This document shows, in pieces, positions 35,632 to 48,879 of a stretch of 51,309 nt of DNA. The stretch covers positions 26,909,407 to 26,960,715 of the forward strand of contig NC_068989.1 of the NCBI RefSeq assembly GCF_001194135.2, read 5' to 3'. Every line of letters starts with the position of its first letter. Position 1 is the first letter of the stretch. A program made the position numbers and the translations under genes. Source of the stretch: Octopus bimaculoides (taxonomy: Eukaryota). The notes below the pieces were generated by a model, which did not search any database, had not been told where the DNA came from, and worked only from the letters and a program-made list of their open reading frames with translations.

Positions 35632-37078
35632 GGAGTAAGTTGAGCTTTTGATCTAGGCACATTACGCCTGAAATTACAGAACTTTTCAGAAATTTAATCC
35701 TTGGGAAACATTCGTAGCATGTTCTTACTTTTTTGCGACGGTTTTCGTTTACTTCCTGACTGCTATTTTTGGAAATAGGTGAATGCATATGGAGAAAGCA
35801 TGATATGATGCAGATTGGGTGAAATAGTTTTACAGAAGGAGAATGGTTGAACACTATTTGCTTCTGTTGTGGTGGGACAACCTCACTTGACAAGTCAGCA
35901 ACAGGATTGTCACCTGTTGGCCTTGCATCTTCAGGGGTTGGATTCACCTCGGCGCCACCTGCATCTTGCTCGCGGTTATTTGGGGCAGCAGGAGAAAAGT
36001 CTCGTTCATTTAAGATGTCGCTGTCGCTTGAAGCCTACAATGATGTCCAATAGCATTACGGCAATCACTTGGGCTTAGGTCACCAGATTGGAATTTCGTA
36101 GACTGTCATAGTTTTCCCGTGGTTAAAAAGTTGCCACCCATCTATGGTTCTGCTATAAGTAGTCTTAAAGGGCTCACATAAAGACACTTCACATCACCTT
36201 CAGAACCTGGAGGTGATTTGAAGTGTAGGGCCGTATTGTAAGCAGGACAACACCATAAGACTTTGCACTGTCCACAGCATTAAGGAAAATGTGCCATGTT
36301 TGTCGAGTATCTTTGGCAAGCGTTTCAAAGAACTTATCAATCGCTGTTTGGCTGAAGCAGTAGCACGCCCAAAAGATGAATTCTAATCATGAATTTTGTC
36401 CAGCCTTCTTCTCACCATCCCAACTTGCTGATACATCCGGATTGCTTCGTTTCATAAACTTGTAAGCCAGTAAACAGCACCTATTGACCGACAATTCAGG
36501 GTATATATCTGCTCCACTGTATCACATGGTCAACTAAATCTTTTCCCATGTCGGGAGGAAACATCAGTTACTGAAATCCCACGGTATATAAACACTCCCT
36601 TGTTGTCAATCTCTCTTTGGAAAGTATCCTTTAAGTTTCATTCGATCGATGGTAAAGTTCTTAGCTGCACTGCGCACACTCAGCCCACCCGCAACAGTAT
36701 CAGCCACTCGTTCCATAACATCATGGGGAATTTGTCCGTGGTTTGCATTTAGCTTGTAGTTATGCACATCTCATGCACTTCTGAAAGAGAACAAAATAAA
36801 TATTTACTATGTTGTATGTGGTAATGAAATTTCATCTCAAAACATTTTAAATACTTGATTGAAAATTGTTAAATTGGTTAATAATCGTACAGTCCCCTTC
36901 TATCAAGGTAGTTAGTCCTGCAGGCCTTCGCCGCAGTCATCAAACGTCACACGTGTTATTCTTCGTAGTTAGGAACAGTATCAGAGTGACCATTTTTGCG
37001 ATTTTTCTCATCATGAACTTATTATAGAAAGTTGAGTCATAGCTCGATTTTCCCCGTTAGGCCTGGCTCATATTCCCC
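35632..37078 (-). mobile_element. pogo-like (HTH_psq + CENP-B + DDE_1) DNA transposon, internally deleted and decayed
   Basis: Minus strand gives HNYKLNANHGQIPHDVMERVADTVAGGLSVRSAAKNFTIDRM, GRATAF-like, and YGVVLLTIRPYTSNHLQVL..PLKTTY. Candidate TIRs are GGAGTAAGTTGAGC (35632) and GGCTCATATTCCCC (37065-37078). Confidence 0.8.
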
Positions 37079-37390
37079 TTAAAGGTAACAAAACTATTGA
37101 AAATACTCAATCAAGAAGTTCTGAAGGAGTAATTACGAAGGACACATGAGCAATGAATGGAATACTTGTGATACTCTTACATTTATTTCTTTATTCTCTT
37201 CCCGTTCATTCATTTCTTTCATATGTATATATATATATATATACACTGTTTATATACTGTTCGTAGGCATTTTATGTGCCTTATATTTTTATATTTTAAT
37301 TTTTCATTTATTTATTTTTATTTTTATTTTTTACCACTGCAGGGGTACGATACATGGTGACGATAGTAAATATAGATGTGTGTGTGTGTG

Positions 37391-37448
<58 letters not shown>

Positions 37449-39122
37449 AAGAGGATAGGAGAAGTCATCGAATACAGCAGTTATTTCAAAAGCGCTTCAG
37501 ATGTATCTTTCATAGCATTATGAATATCCGGCAACTATCTGGTGCGCTTTCTCTTCAGGTGTATTGGACATTCTTGTTGAAATAGTCTGCTGCAGAAGAA
37601 AAAGCAAAACCAGGCTGGCTGAATAAAAACAAAAAGAAGTGGGAGTGGAGACTGGAATCGGTAAAGAACAAATAGCGTGCCTTATTCACCGATTATCTAA
37701 AATAGATAAATTGGGGCGTGGTTTCATTCGTTACTACCATACACATATTGCTGTAGTGGCTATTCTAGATTATAATCACATTAATGTATACGTGGTGTCA
37801 ATGAGGGGAAGGCAATGCGTCGAAAACTGAGATGTTTATTGATTACGATAGATAAATGATAGATAAAAAATGGGAAATAAAACCTTAAATGACGAATCCA
37901 TTCTATTCTCTCTCCTCTACCCCTCTCTCTCTCTCTCTCTCTAAATCTATATATCCTCTCTCTCTAACCTTCTCTCTCNNNNNNNNNNNNNNNNNNNNNN
38001 NNNNNNNNNNNNNNNNNNNNNNNNNNNNNNNNNNNNNNNNNNNNNNNNNNNNNNNNNNNNNNNNNNNNNNNNNNNNNNNNNNNNNNNNNNNNNNNNNNNN
38101 NNNNNNNNNNNNNNNNNNNNNNNNNNNNNNNNNNNNNNNNNNNNNNNNNNNNNNNNNNNNNNNNNNNNNNNNNNNNNNNNNNNNNNNNNNNNNNNNNNNN
38201 NNNNNNNNNNNNNNNNNNNNNNNNNNNNNNNNNNNNNNNNNNNNNNNNNNNNNNNNNNNNNNNNNNNNNNNNNNNNNNNNNNNNNNNNNNNNNNNNNNNN
38301 NNNNNNNNNNNNNNNNNNNNNNNNNNNNNNNNNNNNNNNNNNNNNNNNNNNNNNNNNNNNNNNNNNNNNNNNNNNNNNNNNNNNNNNNNNNNNNNNNNNN
38401 NNNNNNNNNNNNNNNNNNNNNNNNNNNNNNNNNNNNNNNNNNNNNNNNNNNNNNNNNNNNNNNNNNNNNNNNNNNNNNNNNNNNNNNNNNNNNNNNNNNN
38501 NNNNNNNNNNNNNNNNNNNNNNNNNNNNNNNNNNNNNNNNNNNNNNNNNNNNNNNNNNNNNNNNNNNNNNNNNNNNNNNNNNNNNNNNNNNNNNNNNNNN
38601 NNNNNNNNNNNNNNNNNNNNNNNNNNNNNNNNNNNNNNNNNNNNNNNNNNNNNNNNNNNNNNNNNNNNNNNNNNNNNNNNNNNNNNNNNNNNNNNNNNNN
38701 NNNNNNNNNNNNNNNNNNNNNNNNNNNNNNNNNNNNNNNNNNNNNNNNNNNNNNNNNNNNNNNNNNNNNNNNNNNNNNNNNNNNNNNNNNNNNNNNNNNN
38801 NNNNNNNNNNNNNNNNNNNNNNNNNNNNNNNNNNNNNNNNNNNNNNNNNNNNNNNNNNNNNNNNNNNNNNNNNNNNNNNNNNNNNNNNNNNNNNNNNNNN
38901 NNNNNNNNNNNNNNNNNACCGATGCGTCCTGGCCAGCTCTTCGAAGCGCCGGTGTTAAAACGGGTGTAGCTGATGAAGAAGAATGTTCTCTATGTGGCTT
39001 GTGTGTTTTCTCGTCTACGTTTTGTTTGCAATGTCCTGTACCCAGATATGCACCTATACATACAGGTGGATGTCGGTATGCACATGCCTGTACGTATATA
39101 TGCATATGCTCATTTACTATTT

Positions 39123-39159
<37 letters not shown>

Positions 39160-39519
39160 AAAGACAAAGAGCCGAAGAACCCGATTTCTGTAAAAACCCC
39201 AGGTACACAACTTCACCCCGACGACTGTTATTATTACTGCTGCTGCTAGTTATTCGACTGCTACACCCACTCCTATAGGTAACAAGTCTTGATCACACTG
39301 TCTAATTTACCAAAACAAACAGATAGTAGTAATTTGCGGTCACAGACAGTTCAACTTGTCATGTCACGAAAATTAAAGGAAATTACCACGTACTCTTGCA
39401 GAAAAAAGAAAATAAAAATGTATCCAATTTTATGAAAATAGAATTTTCGTCCTTCTTTTCCATATATATATGTCGGTGTGTGTGTGTGTATGTACNNNNN
39501 NNNNNNNNNNNNNNNNNNN

Positions 39520-39552
<33 letters not shown>

Positions 39553-39799
39553 GTATATATGACAGAATGTTTGAAATTTGAATTTTTGCCCTAATGTGGC
39601 TATTAATGACAGCTTCATATTTTTTCCATGTAACTGAAGATACTCTAGCCAGTTCTGCCCATTTTATAATTAGAAAAGTATTATAAATAGAGAGATAGTT
39701 TAGATAGTTGACCACCTATGCCAATTTCAAAAATCACACTTATCACTGAGTTGAAATAGTATTTTATGCAGACCACGTGCCATAAATTACATATCCACC

Positions 39800-40600
39800 C
39801 AAAACTTTTCCAAAATGTATATATATCGTTTCTTCAATACTCGCAATAATATATAACTCATTTGGTTTCAAAGCGAAGAACTCTGAAATGTCAGTGTCGA
39901 CTTCCTCCTGGGGTGCAAAGTTATGTTCCCCAAATTATTCTGTAACTTATGAAACAAATGTTAGTCTGAAAGAGCAAGGTCGGGAGAATAAGGTAGATGA
40001 GAAATCTTTGCAGTGTGGGGTCGCGCATTGTCTCGATGAATCATCACTCCTTTTCGATTCACTAAAGCAGGTCTTTTTTTCTTCAAAGCTTGGTTCAAAC
40101 GATCTAATTGCTGACATTAGACTTGAGCATTGGTTGTTGCATTAGGTGGTAACAATTCAAAGTGAAATACTCCAGATAGAGAGAAGAACCTTTTTTGTAT
40201 GAAGTTCCCTTCTCGGTTGTGGTTGAGATTTTTTCCTTTTACCTACGACGTTTAGCGTTTCGATAGAAGAACCATTTTCGTCACCAGTCACTAGTCTATC
40301 CAAAAAGGGTGCAATGATTTCACGAGAATGGAGAGAAGAGCAGATGTCAACTCGATATTTGCGATTGCTATCGGACAATTCATGAGGCACCCATTTTCTA
40401 AGTTTAGGAACCTTCCCAAGTTGTTGAAGATGACGATGAATAGTTTATGTGGATTGAACTAAGCTTTATTGCCAATTCTTCAACTGGTAATGCAGGATTT
40501 TTCTTCAAGTAATGCCTCAAGGAGCTTATCAGCAATACTCTTTGGATACTTCCATGTTAGAAAAGGTTTTAATCAAAGAAATTTTAATTCTATTCTTCTG
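39800..40600 (-). pseudogene. Decayed mariner transposase
   Basis: PHELSDSNR..PFLDRLVTGDE, KKVLLSIW, KRPALVNRKGVMIHRDNARPHTAK, PYSPDLALSD. Confidence 0.92.
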
Positions 40601-40678
40601 TAAAATAATACTTAACTAGTTTAAATGTACACAAATGTATACAAACAATTTTTAATTCCATTAGACATTAAAAAATAC

Positions 40679-41491
40679 GGATCTTTTTTAAAACGGGGGC
40701 CACATTTTTCATTAATGTTTTACGTAGTGTTTTTGGTACCGAAAGACTTTCAAACTTCGTATACTTATCTATTTTGTGTTATAGAACAGAAAAATATTTT
40801 TGTATCCGAATTTATTTCATGTAAAAAATTGTCTTATTTCGATAATTTCAACCAATCACTGACAAGTATTCAGTTGTTTACATTTACTCCTTTGGCTCAT
40901 TAAACGATGTAAAGCGTATTTAATCTCCATACCTTCGTTTTATTTGCTTTTTTCATTTTAAATTTGCTTTAACCCTAACCCTAACTCTAACCNNNNNNNN
41001 NNNNNNNNNNNNNNNNNNNNNNNNNNNNNNNNNNNNNNNNNNNNNNNNNNNNNNNNNNNNNNNNNNNNNNNNNNNNNNNNNNNNNNNNNNNNNNNNNNNN
41101 NNNNNNNNNNNNNNNNNNNNNNNNNNNNNNNNNNNNNNNNNNNNNNNNNNNNNNNNNNNNNNNNNNNNNNNNNNNNNNNNNNNNNNNNNNNNNNNNNNNN
41201 NNNNNNNNNNNNNNNNNNNNNNNNNNNNNNNNNNNNNNNNNNNNNNNNNNNNNNNNNNNNNNNNNNNNNNNNNNNNNNNNNNNNNNNNNNNNNNNNNNNN
41301 NNNNNNNNNNNNNNNNNNNNNNNNNNNNNNNNNNNNNNCGACAACTTTAACATGGAATAATTTATGGATTTCTTTTTTTTTTTTAAGAAGACTAAGAGAA
41401 AAGGATGTTTTATATGACACATTCTACCAGTGTTCCAAGTTTCAAAGTGTTTCGTTAATGAAAAATGTGGCCCCCGTTTTAAAAAAGATCC
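40679..41491. mobile_element. Non-autonomous element with 39-bp inverted repeats enclosing a (TAACCC)n tract and a gap
   Basis: 40679-40717 is the reverse complement of 41453-41491 with 1 mismatch. TTAACCCTAACCCTAACTCTAACC runs into the gap at 40993. Confidence 0.85.
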
Positions 41492-42284
41492 AAAAATACT
41501 ATTAAATTACATTCAATTTTAAAAAAAGGTAAAATCGGACAGAGCTTATAGTATGACCTGAAAATTTCATTTAAAAGATTACTTAGCTCGTACACATAGA
41601 AATTTCGAAGCATAGAACACATTACACTAACCTTTTAATTATCTTTATCACTAATCTATTGTACTATTTAACGAGTTAAATGCAATATATTCGACGTTTC
41701 TAGTGTACTTCACTGATTTTAACTCTTTGTTAAATGTAATTTTAAAGGTAATATTAATCATAATTCTCATTTAAATATTCAACGTGTGATATTGTGCCAC
41801 GATTCCAATTTTCCACTGCCTATTCCTGTGACTGTTACTGGTCATAAAGTGTTAACTATCATATGTGAACTGTCGCTTGTCCAAAACTGATTTATTATTT
41901 CTTTCAATTTTCATAGTTCTTACTATCAGCAATAAATGTCTGATACTTTTATTTGCATATTTCAGAATTATAATCTCATATTTTATATCTCTTTTCTCTG
42001 GTCATGTGTGGCGTGCATAAGTATACGTGTGCGTTGCTTATATGAATAAGCAACATAGAGAAGTATGATGAACATTTAAAATGCTAAATCCCGTATAATC
42101 ATCGGTTGGTCAGGTTGAACTACAACAAATTGATTTACATTCTTTCTCTAAACTCTGACAATTATATTGGATGACAATTTTATGTATTTATCTTAATAAA
42201 CAAAAATATTCATTGAAAAGGAGAGAATATAATCAGGACAAAATTTAAAGCTGCCGTGAAAAGCTTGTAACATATATTATCAAT

Positions 42285-42380
42285 AAGACGGTGAGCTGTT
42301 AGAATCGTTAACAGGCCGGGTAAAATGCTGAACGGCATTTCTTCTTTTAAGTTCTGAGTTCAAATTACGCCAAGGGCGTA

Positions 42381-42421
<41 letters not shown>

Positions 42422-42530
42422 ATCCTTTAGGATCGATAAAATAAGTACCACTTGAGTAATGGGGTCGATGTATTCGACTAAACCCCTCCCCTGAAATTGC
42501 TGGCGTTGTGCCAAACATTAAAAGCATTAT
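42285..42530 (+). mobile_element. SINE (second family) with internal (CT)n expansion
   Basis: GACGGTGAGCTG..AGAATCGTTA head and GATCGATAAAATAAGTACC..GGGGTCGATG core. Confidence 0.8.
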
Positions 42531-43551
42531 TTAACAATCTACAGTGATAAATCACGATACATCAGAGACAATTGAAAGAAAAGATGAGATTTACAAACAA
42601 CATTTTTCGTGCATTGACACGTTTCAATTTCAGGAGGGTTTTTTTTTGTTGTTTTCTTTTTATGTTGATGGTCAGTTAGAAACTATTCAATATTGAATAA
42701 CAAATATTAATAAGCAGTGATATTTTCTTACTGCTTTGGAATTGAAACGGTTATATTTTCAAGAAGTGCACTGAATATGATTGTACCTGATATGCTATTT
42801 TAAATTATTAACTTATTAATCATTTATATATTTTATCCAAAGAATATTCAAGACTCTTCTTGTTATATGGTATGTGAATGAATATTGAATTATACACAGA
42901 ATGAAAATAGATTCTCATATTAATATTCAGGTCCACAACTAATAAGTGGTGATTTACGAGACAATGTGATTTGATCAAATCTTTGTCAAATAACTTTGAG
43001 TATATACAAGTAATGCGTTTCGAGGGCAATATGATTCTTTTCATCCTCATGTGTATTATACTATGATCATTGTAATCTCGAATATTATAATATTATATAG
43101 AATATGGAAATTTATAATACGACAACATGTATGGTAGCAAAATAACAAATTCCACAATTTAGAATACTATAACACCTCCATAACTGACAACCATCTGTTC
43201 ATTTACGCACAGATATGGTTGAGCAAAAATTGAAGCCACACATACCAAGCCACACTATTGTTCAGACAATTAACATTGGAAGGAAATTCTTATGGATTTA
43301 ATTTTGGGGAAACTGTAAGGCAGATTTCACCTCCAGAAACTCACCCCTATTTCATTTGATAACCACTATTGCACTATCATTCTTTGCCGTGGTTCATAGC
43401 CGCTCGGAAGAATTCATAGCACGGTACTATATTTTTGTCCGCTATACGAGGAAGAACCTACTAAATAGATTTCATACATATTCACTTTAGAGTGACTGAC
43501 TATGTTATACGGAAATACTTTGACTCTATCTGCATAGGTAACATAAATGTT

Positions 43552-43615
<64 letters not shown>

Positions 43616-43749
43616 NNNNNNNNNNAATGAAAATTGTTCAAACTAAAGTCCTTCTTGAGCGACAGATATTTCCAAATAAATAGACTTGAATATTAAGTGT
43701 TTATGGAATTTTCATTTACTGTCGGGTGACTTTTGGTCAATCCAATATA

Positions 43750-44250
43750 TATCTCATCTGTAGTGCAGCTTCGTATTATCTCATTTTGTTTTGGAATATT
43801 GGTCAGTTGATGACAAAAGTTTCTTGAAAGGCTCTGATGGTTGGGGCGTTTCAGAGTTTCACCTTTCCATCAATGCAGCACAGTGGAAATGTCTCTCCAG
43901 GCCACTTCCTTGCTTTACATTCAGTTGTCATTGCACCAACGGAAACTCTAATGTCAGCTGCGTAATGAACTTCTGGATCATAATTTAAAGCTGCTTCATA
44001 CAAGTGACTTCTCTGACCTTCTCTGTTGCAACTGCTCTTCGTTCTGCAGTAGAGATCCTACCCCTTGTTAGCCATGCATACCTCTGTTCATCACTTTGAG
44101 ATGTCTGTTCGTTTCTTGATATGCCTTCCTTTCTGCAGCTGTCTTCCTTTCTCTGGACAGAGAATTTTGCGGGGTGACTTGGACGTTGTGTACAAATTAT
44201 ATCCATATACAGAAATGCACGGGTGCAGATGATAATAAACAACGAAAATA
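43750..44250 (-). pseudogene. Helitron RepHel N-terminal fragment
   Basis: ALNYDPEVHY..VGAMTTECKARKWPGETFPLCCIDGKVKL..PSEPFKKLL matches the Helitron pre-Rep motif YDP..G.M...C..C.A.K...E....CC..GKV.L...PEPL. Confidence 0.85.
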
Positions 44251-44300
44251 ACTGGGTAACAGAAATTATATTTCTTAATACGTCAGGCAGGAAGTAAATA

Positions 44301-44403
44301 AATATTCAGGCATGGTTTTTTTTTTCTTTTCTGTTCAATATTCAGGCATGGGTTTTTTCTTTTCTGTTCAATATTCAGGCATGGGTCTTTTTCTTTTCTG
44401 TTC
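44301..44403. repeat. Three tandem copies of a 33-36 bp unit at the truncated end of the R4-like LINE
   Basis: AATATTCAGGCATGG(T)nCTTTTCTGTTC x3. On the minus strand the unit continues the RLE-coding sequence (PDIVVVNRKEK). Confidence 0.9.
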
Positions 44404-47110
44404 ACCACAACAATGTCAGGTTTGCGATGTTTAATTTGGTGGTCACACTGTATCATTGTATCCCACGAGATTTTGCAAACCTCATTCTCGGTAAGTCTTT
44501 CTGGAATCTGGCCATGTCACATCTTTGGTCTTTCCAGGCCGTAATTTCCATAAAGCTCTCAATGGATCATTTTTACCACATTGTCACGTCACTTTTTGTA
44601 TTTTTGTAATGGCACATTTCGAGCATTCACTAACAAAATGTCACACAGTTTCACCTGTCTCACCGCACATTCTGCATTTGTCACTCTCAGTTACATTTTT
44701 TACCAATTCTGCACTTCACATATATTGTTCTCAGTGCTTGTTCGTGTACTGCACATATAAGCACAACTGATTCTACCTTCAAATATCTCATCCGCATCCA
44801 TAACCTCTGGCTTTCTGTATTCGTCTTTGAGCTCCGTACATTTTCTTTCTTTTCCATGCCATTTTCTTTTTCGACTTTTTTCATCTTTAAACTTTTCTTT
44901 CTTATCAGATTTATCAGACCCCTTCGCATTTACGCTACTGCATGCTAATTTAGTGAGCAGGTTTTTTTATCTTGAAATTTGGTGACAAAGTATTTCTGTC
45001 TTTAGGTGTCATTTCGGGCGTTGTACTAAGTGCATCGATTACAAGGTCTTTCACAGTCTCCTCAGTTCTTTGACTAAAACCTGGTATTTCTCACTTTTTC
45101 AATTTCTGTGGTATCGACACTGCTATCATTTCGAATTGCAAAATCTATAACCTTACACTGTTTATATTGTCCTCTATAGACGTGCCCGATCTTCTTGCCT
45201 CAATAGTATGGAATGTTTTTAATGGCAAAATCCCACATCTTGTAATTCTCATTCTGTATAATAGCCCTAGTTTCAAGCAACACACTCGGCTAAAATCCCA
45301 GTGCATGGTTGCCTACACAGCCATGTCTGCGCTTGTAGTTCTTTTGTGCTAGTATACACCAGTCACTTAAAAGTGTGATTGATATTCTCATCTTCTTTCC
45401 TGAAATTGATACATTTGCTGGCTGTCTGGCTGAATTTCCTCAATCTTTGACTTAATCAGATTTGTTCTAAAGGTGTGTTCCTGAGCGGTTATTATTCGTG
45501 TTTCTGTTTCTTGTTCTAAGTTCCTGTGTGCCAACCACAGACAGAGATCTTCACTTCTAAATTGTTCGGTTTGTTGCCTGAGTTAGCCCTACATTTCTAT
45601 TTCTTTCTGTTTGTTTATTCTGTTGTTCTTCCTTTTCTCTTTGAATTCTCCTACTGTTTCAGTCAGTTTCTGAGCGTCTTTGACTGCGGAGGTATTCTTT
45701 CTTTAGTTTGAAAAACAATTTTTTGAGAGCCAGTATTACTCTCACAACTTCCCTTCTTGGCAGGAATTGCGTAGTATACGGTTAGGATGGAGTATGTACG
45801 TTACCCAGCTCGATCTTTCTCCATTTCAGAAGGGGAGCAGAATAACTCAATACTGGCATTTCCCATGTATTTATAGTTTTAATGATGTTTCCTATATTGA
45901 ATTTTGTTTCGATCCCCTTCTTAATTCTCTTCTTGTACTATTTAGTGACTCTATTTCTCATTTCTCTTCCTATTATCTTGCAGCACACCTAGGCATTTGT
46001 ATCACTCATTATTCTACAGCGATCTAATGTTGCTGTCTAGTGGTGATTTTATGATACCAGACTTTATCTCTCGGCCTCACCTTATAGTTAGTAACGCGCA
46101 CTTCTCTACACTAAACTGCATTCCAATCCCTTTACTGAGTAATCTCACTGTTTGGATCAAAGAATCCAGGTCTGTTTCATTTTTTGTATATATGTTGAGA
46201 TCATCCTTATAAAGTAGGTGATTTATTCTTATCTTGGATTCGGTAAAACAGAGAAGTCTGAATTTTCTCAATATATTTGTCAGAATGATTAAAGCAACAA
46301 TGAAGAGTAACGGAGAGTCTGAGGCCCCTTGGGAAGTGTCCCTTAGTATTTTCACGTTACCTAGGAATTCATTTGCACATGTCATTTCTACTACCCACAC
46401 TTTCATTGCTTTCTCTGAAAAGTTGTTTATCTTCTCATTGTCTCCGAGGTCCTCAGACAATCCACGAGCCAGGTGGGTGTCACTTGCTGTAATCTATAGC
46501 CCTTTCTGTAACCTATTCATCCAACAGGTATATCATTCTCCTTATTCACACCTCATTTAATATTCTGCTCTCTGTATATATAGCAGATCAGCATTTCCCT
46601 TTGATTTCTTCTTATATCCCCTTTGCTCATCTGGCAGTAAGTTCTCATTTTCCACTAAATTATATACTTCATCTATTATGAAACCAGCTAATAATTTCTT
46701 GAGAAATGGTAAGTAGTAATAGGTCTATAGTTGGCGACTTACCATTTTCTCTCTTTACCATTCATTTTGTCATCAATGTTGGTGTACTTTTCCTATATTG
46801 TCAATAAAAAAGCATGTTCGTATATAGCTGAGTATAGTTGGGTTGTTTTTTGAGCCAGAACCCTGGATACCGTATGATCCGTGGGCTTCCCAGTTTGCTA
46901 TTTTCTAGAACGTCTCTTTTACTTTGTGATCCGTGATTGTTATATTTTCTTGTGTCCCTCACCTTCTAATTCTATTTCATGTTCCAGTAAACCGTTATCC
47001 ATTATTCCTCTTTCTTAACGATCCTGTATCAATCGGGCATTATTAATTTGCCTGTACGGCTGATAATTCACTTGTCACTCGTGATGGTATTTTAATAACA
47101 TCCCTTCTTA
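44404..47110 (-). mobile_element. R4/Dong-like LINE (RT + CCHC + RLE), decayed
   Basis: ANYRPIT, DTSQGASDSPLLFIVAL, INHLLYKDDLNIYTKNE..GIGMQFSVEKCA, CDMCGETGETV*HFVSEC and PDIVVV occur in order. Confidence 0.92.
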
Positions 47111-47539
47111 TATNNNNNNNNNNNNNNNNNNNNNNNNNNNNNNNNNNNNNNNNNNNNNNNNNNNNNNNNNNNNNNNNNNNNNNNNNNNNNNNNNNNNNNN
47201 NNNNNNNNNNNNNNNNNNNNNNNNNNNNNNNNNNNNNNNNNNNNNNNNNNNNNNNNNNNNNNNNNNNNNNNNNNNNNNNNNNNNNNNNNNNNNNNNNNNN
47301 NNNNNNNNNNNNNNNNNNNNNNNNTATATATATATATATATATATGTATATGTATATATATATCAAATGGATGTCTTATAAAATTATTCCGCATATACAA
47401 TAACAGCCACACCAACCTAACACACATCCATCATCAGCTACACCACGCATATTAGCAAGGTTTCGACATCTGAGCCGTATCATTCCATCTGGCAGTGTCA
47501 ACTGCACTAAAATAAATGTTGTTTGAGAACAAACATTCC

Positions 47540-47900
47540 TTAGATATTACCATATTCATTCAATCTTAATTCTAGGAAGGATTAAACACTAACATTATTA
47601 ATTAAGCTACAACAATGAAACCACATTTATCCTACATATAAACCAGTATCGGTAAATTAATAATTCTAAGAGTAAAGCTATAACTAACTCTTAAATTATC
47701 TAAATAAAGAGCAACCTAGCCCTTGAAGTTCATACAGATAATATTCCCACCAGTCTTCCATTGCTATTAATATGAAAATGAAAGCTTTTATATTCTATTA
47801 TTTCGAAAACAAAACAAACTGAATTGAACTTAACTAATAATATAACTACTTCTAAGTGAATTGCAATATTTCATACCCCAAAAGTTAATAATTATAACAC
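47540..47900 (+). pseudogene. Possible Penelope-like RT thumb remnant, heavily decayed
   Basis: SLDITI followed by NTNII..TTMKPHLSY resembles FLD..I..T.VY.KPT. Many stops. Confidence 0.35.
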
Positions 47901-48147
47901 TCTACACATATTAAATATTCGTTATCCTCTCATGCTTTGAAGTTAAACTTATACCAGTAATTTTACAGATGATGCTAAAATATCCTTATTAAATCAGAAA
48001 CTAATAAAAGAAAGCCTATAATTAACAATGAATATTAAAAACCTTGTTATGATTAAAGCTAAATATATAACTGTTTCAAAGATAATATGACATATAATCT
48101 GGACACACGAAATTCAAGTCAATATCTTCTCAAACAAAAAGACATTC

Positions 48148-48270
48148 ATTATTTGGTGGCGTGGTGCGTAGTCCACTACTTTCGCAAATGTCTTAACTAT
48201 TGGTGACGTGGTGCGTAGTTCACTACATTCTCAAATGTCTTTAACTATTTTAGTGACGTAGTACGCAATT
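48148..48270. repeat. About 2.5 tandem copies of a 48-bp unit
   Basis: GGTG.CGTGGTGCGTAGT.CACTAC.TT..CAAATGTCTT.AACTATT repeated. Confidence 0.85.
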
Positions 48271-48879
48271 AGAGTGACTTGTAAACAGTCCAAATATGGA
48301 CAAACTACAATCCAAATCATTAGACGTTTACAAATATTTATTAAGTGTAAGGCTAGATATTATACAATATTTATTTAAAATTCCAAGTCTCTCACCTAAA
48401 CAGCGACTAAACGTTGTAACTTATTTACCATATCTATAGCCTTGTTCTACTAAATGTCTTAACAGTTGATTTATTCTTTCCCAAAACCTATCACTATTAT
48501 TTATAATAGTGCCATACCTGATAGTGTGGCCTGAAANNNNNNNNNNNNNNNNNNNNNNNNNNNNNNNNNNNNNNNNNNNNNNNNNNNNNNNNNNNNNNNN
48601 NNNNNNNNNNNNNNNNNNNNNNNNNNNNNNNNNNNNATATTGTCTTATTGTACAGAGTTAAAATTCAGGGTAATCAAGAAGATTATTAAGAACGAAATTT
48701 TAACAACATGATAAAAAAAACCTTCTATGAATATTAAGAGTATATACCAAAATATTTTGGTATTCCGAGACTTTTCCAGGTGGTGTCATTGAGTTAGTCA
48801 TGGCCTGGGCCTATAATGGTCGAAGCCAATCTAAGTTATCTAAGTTACGTATATATTTCAAATGATTCTAACAAATAAA

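Noticed and set aside
38938-39010. CGAAGC...GGTGTAGCTGATGAAG, with a similar CGAAAC...GGTGTAGCTGATGATG on the minus strand near 47420-47470, as a permuted hammerhead
   Set aside because: The core halves are in GAAA-then-CUGAUGA order with too little sequence for stems III and I and no valid NUH site. It is probably a shared repeat terminus, and context is lost to a gap.
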